Below, in pieces: positions 7,504 through 13,691 of a stretch of DNA of 13,691 nt (positions are counted from its first letter, which is position 1; the number at the start of each line of letters is the position of its first letter). A program made the position numbers and the translations under genes. The stretch spans positions 1 through 13,691 of IMG/VR virus record IMGVR_UViG_2734482780_000014; one strand, given 5' to 3'. The stretch is from a virus (Duplodnaviria; Heunggongvirae; Uroviricota; Caudoviricetes). Below the pieces are notes generated by a model. That model was given only the letters and a program-made list of their open reading frames with translations. It had not been told where the DNA came from and did not search any database.

Positions 7504-7704
7504 ATGAAAGCGTATTGGGACTCTTTAACCAAAGAACAGCAGGGCGAGTTGGCCGGAAAAGTTGGCTCAACACCTGGCTACTTACGGCTGGTTTTCAATG
7601 GCTATAAAAAAGCCAGTTTTGTGCTGGCTAAAAAACTTGAGCAATGCACGTCAGGTGCAATTACGAAATCTGACTTAAGACCGGATATCTATCCGAAAGA
7701 TTAG
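7504..7704 (+). CDS. Cro-like HTH regulator, 66 aa (YdaS/Cro family with LRPDIY motif)
   Basis: ATG at 7504 preceded by GGAGG; divergent from the repressor. The larger ORF-track call 7201-7704 is antisense to the repressor and only its last 66 codons are credible. Confidence 0.75.
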   Translation: MKAYWDSLTKEQQGELAGKVGSTPGYLRLVFNGYKKASFVLAKKLEQCTSGAITKSDLRPDIYPKD

Positions 7705-7735
7705 CAGAACACTTTCAATTTTTAACCACAGAACG

Positions 7736-8299
7736 ATGAGGCTAATCGTGGGTAAGCATCACTGGAAAATAGAAAAACAGCCTGAGTGGTACGTGAAAGC
7801 TGTCAGAAAAACTATCGCGGCGTTGCCGGGTGGTTACGCTGAAGCGGCTGACTGGCTCGATGTAACAGAAAATGCTTTATTCAACCGCCTTCGTGCAGAT
7901 GGCGATCAGATTTTCCCGCTGGGATGGGCAATGGTTTTACAGCGTGCTGGTGGCACTCACTTCATTGCTGATGCTGTGGCGCAGTCTGCAAATGGCGTCT
8001 TTGTGTCTCTTCCTGACGTCGAGGATGTGGACAACGCCGATATCAACCAACGCCTGCTGGAGGTCATTGAACAGATCGGCAGTTATTCAAAACAGATTCG
8101 TTCAGCAATTGAAGACGGTGTAGTGGAACCGCATGAGAAGACAGCAATTAACGACGAGTTGTACCTCTCAATTTCGAAGCTGCAGGAGCATGCAGCACTG
8201 GTCTACAAAATTTTTTGCATTTCAGAAAGTAATGACGCCCGCGAGTGTGCAGCTCCGGGCGCCGTGGCGTGTCGTGACTGTGGAGAAACTAACGCATGA
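7736..8299 (+). CDS. hypothetical phage early protein, 187 aa (possible CII-like/YdaT-like regulator; function not verified)
   Basis: First gene after cro; ATG at 7736 (alternative GTG at 7748 after GAGG); its stop overlaps the next start as ATGA. Confidence 0.65.
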   Translation: MRLIVGKHHWKIEKQPEWYVKAVRKTIAALPGGYAEAADWLDVTENALFNRLRADGDQIFPLGWAMVLQRAGGTHFIADAVAQSANGVFVSLPDVEDVDNADINQRLLEVIEQIGSYSKQIRSAIEDGVVEPHEKTAINDELYLSISKLQEHAALVYKIFCISESNDARECAAPGAVACRDCGETNA

Positions 8300-8634
8300 A
8301 CAGTTTAACAACACACTACCGTCGCTCGCAACTTATTGCGCTTCCTGTACCGGGTGGAAAAGCGAAGGTGGAGTATTGCTATGCAGTGAATGTACCAGGT
8401 GACAGGGAAATTGTAACCCACAGCTTTGCAGAGTGGGCTGTGGGGGATTTCAACCGGCAGAAGGAGGCAGTCCTTTGCGACAAGTTAACCGCTGGTTCAA
8501 AGATCACTACGGAGTGCCCGTCAGAGTCATTCGTTGGGAGCCGGAAACACAACGGGTTATCTACCTCCGTGAAGGCTATGAGCATGAGTGCTTCAGCCCG
8601 CTCGAACAGTTTCGTCGTAAATTCAGGGAAATAG
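8296..8634 (+). CDS. hypothetical protein, 112 aa (possibly YmfM-like by size and position; see frameshift finding)
   Basis: ATG at 8296 overlaps the upstream stop; the C-terminal third is Ser-rich and low-complexity, while an alternative frame (8433-8654) reads more protein-like. Confidence 0.45.
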   Translation: MNSLTTHYRRSQLIALPVPGGKAKVEYCYAVNVPGDREIVTHSFAEWAVGDFNRQKEAVLCDKLTAGSKITTECPSESFVGSRKHNGLSTSVKAMSMSASARSNSFVVNSGK

Positions 8635-8643
8635 AGGTCGGTC

Positions 8644-8886
8644 ATGAGCACTAAATTAACCGGCTATGTATGGGATGGTTGCGCAGCGTCAGGCATGAAA
8701 TTATCCAGCGTGGCAATTATGGCCCGCTTGGCTGATTTCAGTAATGACGAAGGTGTGTGCTGGCCATCAATTGAAACCATTGCCCGCCAGATTGGCGCGG
8801 GGATGAGTACCGTCAGAACGGCTATCGCACGGCTGGAAGCAGAAGGCTGGTTAACGCGTAAGGCGCGTCGCCAGGGTACCGGGTGA
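8644..8886 (+). pseudogene. N-terminal winged-HTH fragment (80 aa) of a phage replication initiator (O-like), truncated
   Basis: ATG at 8644 with GAGGT upstream; translation has the HTH pattern typical of phage replication-initiator N-termini (recognised from memory, not aligned); the ORF stops after 80 aa and is followed by tail-fibre sequence. Confidence 0.55.
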
Positions 8887-8950
8887 TGACTCTCCGGGAG
8901 AAAACAAAAGCCAGACCGACTACTGGCAGGAGCTGAAAGAGGGCTTCTCC

Positions 8951-9166
8951 GTGGTTGTCATACTGAGTAACGGGCGTGATGAGCGCGGTCAGTTTGCCTC
9001 GTATGATGTGGTGGACGATGTCCGGCAGATGCTCTTTAAGGCCCTGCTGGGCTGGAACCCGGCTATTACAGAGGGTGGTGTTGTTGCGGCAACGACTAAA
9101 CCTGCAGGTGCGAATGAAACACGCCCACGAAATGTCGCTTTTAACTATATTGTGAGGGCTGCATAA
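8951..9166 (+). pseudogene. C-terminal fragment of a side tail fibre protein (variable part)
   Basis: Ends ...NETRPRNVAFNYIVRAA with stop overlapping the tfa ATG (TAATG) as in stf-tfa pairs; the frame is open only back to 8855, so the N-terminal bulk is missing. Confidence 0.6.
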
Positions 9167-9768
9167 TGAATAACGCAGAATTAAACAGTGAATTAATTGC
9201 CACTATGGCAGGAGAAATTACTGTTTATAACTTTGACGTCATGAGTCGGGAGTATATTTCAGCTTCAACTGAATATCTTGCTGTTGGTGTCGGCATTCCG
9301 GCATATTCCTGTTTAGATGCTCCAGGCACCTACAAAGCTGGTTATGCAATCTGCCGCTCTGCAGATTTTAACTCATGGGAATATGTACCAGACCATCGCG
9401 GTGAAATTGTCTTTAGCACCGAAACAGGAGAATCAAAAGAAATCACAGCACCGGGTGATTACCCTGATAATACAACCACTATCGCCCCGTTAACGCCATA
9501 CGATAAATGGGATGGTGAGAAATGGGTGACGGATACCGAGGCACAGCATAGCGCCGTAGTAGATGCAGCAGAAGCACAGCGCCAGTCGCTGATTGATACA
9601 GCAATGGCTTCTATCAGTCTGATTCAACTGAAATTACAGGCCGGACGGAACCTGACGCAGGCAGAAACCGCCCGACTTAACGCTGCGCTGGATTACATTG
9701 ACGCGGTGACGGCAACAGATACCAGCACCGCACCGGATGTCATCTGGCCTGAACTGCCGGAGGCGTAG
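9166..9768 (+). CDS. tfa: tail fibre assembly protein (Tfa), 200 aa
   Basis: C-terminus ...DYIDAVTATDTSTAPDVIWPELP matches the conserved Tfa C-terminal motif. Confidence 0.88.
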   Translation: MNNAELNSELIATMAGEITVYNFDVMSREYISASTEYLAVGVGIPAYSCLDAPGTYKAGYAICRSADFNSWEYVPDHRGEIVFSTETGESKEITAPGDYPDNTTTIAPLTPYDKWDGEKWVTDTEAQHSAVVDAAEAQRQSLIDTAMASISLIQLKLQAGRNLTQAETARLNAALDYIDAVTATDTSTAPDVIWPELPEA

Positions 9769-10171
9769 GCCATTCAATATCTGGCGCACTGGAAGTATCG
9801 ACCAGTTCCAGTGCGTCCAGATAATCCAGCCACAAATTATATTGCGCCAGTTCCTCACCTTTCAGACGACCAATCGCCGCTTTACCAGGCCATTGTTTAC
9901 TGTTCATGTATTCGTTGGCCTGATTAACTAATCGCTGTTTATTTGATTCAGCGATTGAGATTAATTCTTCGCTGGTAAGTGGTGGCGCATCCTGCCATGC
10001 TGGAAAACCATTTTTATCTGAACCAAGTATTTTACCATCAGGCCATGCAACTCCTGCGAACTCAGAATAAATAGTAAAGTTTATTTTCGTAGCGTTCTCA
10101 GGAATGGTTTGGCTATCTGGTGAAATATAAAATCCCGAATCAGAGGGATTAAAATAATATGTCTTTTCCAT
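9740..10171 (-). CDS. tfa: tail fibre assembly protein (alternate, opposite orientation), 143 aa
   Basis: C-terminus ...WLDYLDALELVDTSSAPDIEWPTPP; convergent 29-nt overlap with the plus-strand tfa, as in invertible tail-fibre segments. Confidence 0.88.
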   Translation of the reverse strand: MEKTYYFNPSDSGFYISPDSQTIPENATKINFTIYSEFAGVAWPDGKILGSDKNGFPAWQDAPPLTSEELISIAESNKQRLVNQANEYMNSKQWPGKAAIGRLKGEELAQYNLWLDYLDALELVDTSSAPDIEWPTPPAVQAR

Positions 10172-10173
10172 AG

Positions 10174-10572
10174 TTAATACCCCACAGCCATCCAGTAAAT
10201 TGAATTTGTTGTAGCAGAAGTGTAAGTAAATCTGATTTTAGTTCTGTTGGTACTTCCAATATCAAAGCCCACAGAACGGGCAGAAGGATCATTAGTTGAA
10301 ATAAGAGCGTTTACCGAACGACAAGCAGCAGGGAAAGCTACAGGTAATGTTATATCAACTGTTCCAACACTTCCTCCGGTTGGTGAGACAGAAAAACTCC
10401 CCCATTGAATAATCATCCCCCCAGGTAATTTCTGGTATCCATTGGCGGTCAATGAGTTACCAAAGCTGTTTATATCCGGTACCTGATTTTCTCCTGTCCC
10501 CACATTCCTCTTTGCCGCTTCTCCCAAACCAACGTTTATGAAAATGCAGAAATAACGAGCAAATGGCATCAT
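10174..10572 (-). pseudogene. alternate tail fibre C-terminal variable domain (inverted orientation), lacking the constant N-terminal part
   Basis: Immediately upstream of tfa' on the minus strand; the N-terminal about 18 codons read through the recombination site and pin leader. Confidence 0.6.
10519..10544. promoter_or_regulatory. Hin/Gin/Pin-type recombination site (hix/gix-like) TTCTCCCAAACC-AA-CGTTTATGAAAA
   Basis: About 20 of 26 positions match the remembered hixL consensus, including AAACC/GTTT half-site cores and AA centre; located just upstream of pin. Confidence 0.5.
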
Positions 10573-10598
10573 TCCTGCTTTTGTCAGGGAGATCTACC

Positions 10599-10790
10599 AT
10601 GCTTATTGGCTATGTACGTGTGTCAACAAATGACCAGAACACAGATCTACAACGTAATGCGCTGAACTGTGCAGGATGCGAGCTGATTTTTGAAGATAAG
10701 ATAAGCGGTACAAAGTCCGAGAGCCTAGGGCTGACACTGCTGTTCTTGATGCAAATTAAAGGATTTAATAGTGAGTTGTGGCCTTACTAA
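10599..10790 (+). pseudogene. pin: truncated DNA invertase (Pin/Gin/Hin serine recombinase); homology covers only about 42 N-terminal residues
   Basis: MLIGYVRVSTNDQNTDLQRNAL.CAGCE.IFEDK.SGT... is nearly identical to the e14 Pin N-terminus as remembered, then diverges (..SESLGLTLLF..) and stops at 10790; ATG at 10599 after AGGGAG. Confidence 0.85.
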
Positions 10791-10799
10791 TGTAAGGCC
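10780..10799. terminator. hairpin GGCCTTAC-TAAT-GTAAGGCC between the convergent pin' and GmrSD-like genes (possible bidirectional terminator)
   Basis: Perfect 8-bp stem; moderately T-rich only on the plus-strand side; sits where pin homology breaks down. Confidence 0.3.
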
Positions 10800-10823
10800 G
10801 CTATAATCATTTTATTAATTGCA

Positions 10824-12713
10824 TTAATCGTGTTTTGGCCATACTTTCAATGCAATTTCCCCCAACTTTTTACCCCGCTCCAGGATTTCACCTTCATCCC
10901 ATTTATCCTTAAGTATAAGTGGTATGTTCAGTCGTAGATTGGTGTGGACGATGAGAGCATCACGTTTTTTCAGAAATACAGCATTCTGAACAGAACGGTT
11001 TACGCTAAGGTTAAGCAAAGTTAGATTTCCCAACGTAGCTATCGCTTGTTGCCGTTTCCTTACCAGTAGCTGTTCAGGGGTAAGATCTGTTCCAGACAGA
11101 ACAATTTGGTTCAATACCGTTGCATCTGAATTTGTCACCATATGACCATTTTCGAGAGGCCAACAGGAATACCAACTTTGAGGCATAAGATGATCGATAT
11201 CGAGATTGGAAAGATTTGGAACATCAGGCTTCTCTGTCTTCACTTGGCGACAAAGTTCTCTTTCAAGTTCCGTTAACATTGAGCGCATTTTCGGTGCGTC
11301 GAGCCTGCCAGGATAAAGTGGAGCATTGATGCAAGCATTGAGAAATTCTGAGTCACCAGGCCAACGTGAGGCTTCGCCATTTAAGCTATTGAGGATATTA
11401 CGTAACTCAACACTGGAAATTTCCGTTTTAGACAAGTGCCGCAATACATTCATAAATACATTGTTGTAATTCTTTGGCGTCAGGCCACATACGGCTCTTC
11501 GTACTACGTAGGAGACAAGATCATTATACATGGCTGCTTTCTCACCATCGGCGATGTTAGCTATCGAAATGAACAAAGCAAGCGGATAAAGTGTCGTCAC
11601 ATCATAGGCTGCGATGCGATGTCCAAAGTGTGAGATGGGGGTTGTGCCAAAACCACCAACCAATTCTTTATATTGTGATGCATATTGTTTGAGGCGCTTT
11701 ACTTGCAGATCAGCTCGTTGTGAAGGCAAGTCCTTACTTACATAATCACGATACTCATTGTAAAGACGAGACAGATCAATTTCACGTTGCCTTTCTGATT
11801 GCAATGTCGCATGCACTAGCCACTCCATGCGTGGTTTATTAATACGTCCACGGCGTTGCCTTTCCGACCAGTATGTATCTTCAAAGCTCTTCCACTCATT
11901 TTCATATAATTCAATAGCATTAATATTTTCATGCTCAGCGCACATAAAGATGTAGTTGCGAATAAGATCCGTGGCATGAAGTTCCGCCCCTCGGCCATTT
12001 AATGTTTCAAAAATTATTTGGGCATCATCTTCAGCTTCGAGAAATATGCTTACCAGTTTCAGATCCGTCAAGACAGCCTCAATTAGTGCTACAGCATTTT
12101 CATGTGGTGAGTACTTTTCTATTTTAATCCATTTTATAAAGGCTTCAGTAAAAAACCATAATGCCTCTAGTGACGGCGGGTGGTTGAAATGTTTACGTAA
12201 CGTACCATGTTGCGTGAAGCTATCAGAAAATACATCACGGAGATCGTCAATGTTTTCAACATTAAAACTTTGAATAAAATGAGTTTGGTCTCGAAAAGTT
12301 GGCCACAGTTTGAAGCATTCTACCTTTTTATTTCGCATAGTTGCTTCGTTTGTATTTTTCAAGCAAGTCAATACTAACCCTTCCAAATCAGAAAGGCCTG
12401 TAGCACGCAATGATAATCGAATGGATGCCAGAATATATTGAAGAGTGGTTAAACGTTGCTGGCCGTCAATAATATGTATGGTATCTACACCTAACAAGCT
12501 GTTTTTGAGTTGAGGTTCCAGCACCACCGCGCCAAGGAAATGGGGAGTTGGTTTTGTTCCCAAAAGTCGGCTATGTGCTTTTTCGAAGATATCCTCCAGC
12601 AAAGCTGACCATTGGTTTTGTTGCGTCCATACGTAGGCACGTTGATAGAATGGAACACGATATTGTCGTTGATTTTGGAAAAGTTGCTGGATGGTTAGCG
12701 TTTCGGATTTCAT
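10824..12713 (-). CDS. GmrSD-family type IV restriction endonuclease-like protein (N-terminal DUF262, C-terminal DUF1524 His-Me finger), 629 aa
   Basis: N-terminal VPFYQRAYVW and IIDGQQR motifs; C-terminal DIDHLMPQSW nuclease motif; ATG at 12713 with AGGT upstream; AT-rich compared with proA. Confidence 0.8.
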   Translation of the reverse strand: MKSETLTIQQLFQNQRQYRVPFYQRAYVWTQQNQWSALLEDIFEKAHSRLLGTKPTPHFLGAVVLEPQLKNSLLGVDTIHIIDGQQRLTTLQYILASIRLSLRATGLSDLEGLVLTCLKNTNEATMRNKKVECFKLWPTFRDQTHFIQSFNVENIDDLRDVFSDSFTQHGTLRKHFNHPPSLEALWFFTEAFIKWIKIEKYSPHENAVALIEAVLTDLKLVSIFLEAEDDAQIIFETLNGRGAELHATDLIRNYIFMCAEHENINAIELYENEWKSFEDTYWSERQRRGRINKPRMEWLVHATLQSERQREIDLSRLYNEYRDYVSKDLPSQRADLQVKRLKQYASQYKELVGGFGTTPISHFGHRIAAYDVTTLYPLALFISIANIADGEKAAMYNDLVSYVVRRAVCGLTPKNYNNVFMNVLRHLSKTEISSVELRNILNSLNGEASRWPGDSEFLNACINAPLYPGRLDAPKMRSMLTELERELCRQVKTEKPDVPNLSNLDIDHLMPQSWYSCWPLENGHMVTNSDATVLNQIVLSGTDLTPEQLLVRKRQQAIATLGNLTLLNLSVNRSVQNAVFLKKRDALIVHTNLRLNIPLILKDKWDEGEILERGKKLGEIALKVWPKHD

Positions 12714-13298
12714 TGTTTACCTATAAGTGACATTCCACAAGAGTAAGAAATTCATCTGAGTCAGAATAATCATTTTTATGTAGTCATGATACAGTGTATT
12801 TGTTGCTGGTGAAGTAAAAACGAGAAATCCCGCTTTTGAATGCTGACGTGCTACGGCTTCATTGGATATTCTCTTTTGTCTGTTCTCCATTGCGTCGGTG
12901 TTTTGTCGAGATTGTTAGCACACTGTTGCTGCTGTTTTTTTATCCAAGCGCTGCTAAATCATTGTAGATGGCACTATCGGGTATTGAAGCTGCAGACATG
13001 TCGTATACAATAGTCAGCTGCGACTGGCTGGTGAACTTCCGATAGTGCTAGTATTGAATTATGTCAAGCCGTTATCGATTTTACGTATTTTTTGTATGAG
13101 AGGATTTGCACCTCCTCCCACCGCTCCTCCATGACTTTACGCCACTGTCTCTAGGGCTGCTAAGTGCCAGGAACGGACATTGGTGGTATGCAGGATCAGA
13201 GGGGAATAAAAAACTTATTATATTGATTAAGATGGGGCTATTCTTGGCGACTTAAGCCGATATGATACAGATCAAGTGTGCTCTTTTAGGGTTCCATA

Positions 13299-13691
13299 TT
13301 GATTAACAGAAAATTAATTGTAGAGTTAATCGTATATTTCATGAGAGATGAATTGATTCGTGGATTTTCGAAGTGGGGGCGTCGGGTAAAGACTGACCTG
13401 ACACAGATGGATGAATCTTTCCCAATAATGCCGATTTTTAATGAGCACATCAATTCTATTTTCAAAGTGTATATTCTATTCAATGAAAAATATCACATCA
13501 CAAAAGCTTTAAAAGCAAAAGAATTCATAATAAACTTCATTGGAGAGAGAGAGGATTATATTGATGATGAATACATTATCGCAGAACTAAAAAATACACA
13601 AACAGGTTTGAGTATAAACAAAAAAACCATTCCTACATCAGCGCTTGAGAAAATATCCGATTTTTACAGAATAAAAGAATACCTATTTTAG
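13299..13691 (+). CDS. hypothetical protein, 130 aa (116 aa if it starts at ATG 13341); very AT-rich, divergent from the GmrSD-like gene
   Basis: ORF ending with TAG exactly at the window end; TTG at 13299 follows AGGG by 7 nt, ATG at 13341 has no SD; no recognisable motif. Confidence 0.5.
   Translation: MINRKLIVELIVYFMRDELIRGFSKWGRRVKTDLTQMDESFPIMPIFNEHINSIFKVYILFNEKYHITKALKAKEFIINFIGEREDYIDDEYIIAELKNTQTGLSINKKTIPTSALEKISDFYRIKEYLF

Larger units (their letters stand above)
1445..10800. mobile_element. defective mosaic lambdoid prophage integrated at thrW (left end at the tRNA 3' end; right boundary uncertain, not before ~10740)
   Basis: Integrase stop lies 14 nt after the tRNA; int, xis, CI/Cro immunity region and tail-fibre/invertase relics are present but replication, lysis, packaging and head/tail genes are absent. 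Confidence 0.75.

Noticed and set aside
7201-7704. 167-aa plus-strand ORF overlapping the repressor gene
   Set aside because: Its first 100 codons are antisense to the repressor and span the operator region; only the last 66 codons (ATG 7504 with GGAGG SD) form the cro-like gene.
13096-13134. 12-codon proline-rich upstream ORF (MRGFAPPPTAPP)
   Set aside because: No SD and no clear link to a downstream gene; most likely a chance ORF. A second unsupported small ORF (12840-13016, 58 codons, Cys-rich, weak SD) was treated the same way.
13238-13251. Possible attR (CTATTCTTGGCGAC resembling the thrW 3' end CTATTATCGGCACC)
   Set aside because: Only about 10 of 14 positions match and no longer core repeat is present; the right prophage boundary is probably degraded or outside the window.
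1-13691. CRISPR arrays, rRNA genes, insertion sequences with terminal inverted repeats
   Set aside because: No regularly spaced short repeats with unique spacers, no rRNA-like sequence and no transposase ORF were seen.

Overview
This window is the E. coli-type proA–thrW junction followed by a defective, mosaic lambdoid prophage integrated at the 3' end of tRNA-Thr (thrW). Everything is read by eye from the sequence and ORF track; no searches were run, and family names are from memory. Left to right: proA (1-1254), tRNA-Thr(CGU) (1369-1444), then on the minus strand a P22-type integrase and overlapping excisionase, and a translationally coupled early-left block whose sizes and order match yfdT/yfdS/yfdR(HD hydrolase)/yfdQ/yfdP of K-12 prophage CPS-53. 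Next come a GC-rich non-coding block with inverted repeats, an AT-rich opposite-strand moron ORF (144 aa) preceded by direct repeats, and a 68-aa first leftward gene behind a candidate pL whose leader carries an rrn-type boxA. The immunity region has a CI-type S24 repressor (224 aa) with its terminator, GTAC-N7-GTAC operators and a Cro-like gene. To the right the prophage is gutted: a truncated replication-initiator fragment abuts a relic invertible tail-fibre segment (stf', tfa, tfa', stf'), a hix/gix-like site and a truncated Pin invertase. Homology to Pin ends at a hairpin, beyond which lies an AT-rich GmrSD-family (DUF262-DUF1524) type IV restriction gene and a divergent very AT-rich 130-aa ORF. 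The best candidates for something undescribed are the moron module at 5.4-6.6 kb and the 130-aa ORF beside GmrSD. No CRISPR array or rRNA is present.
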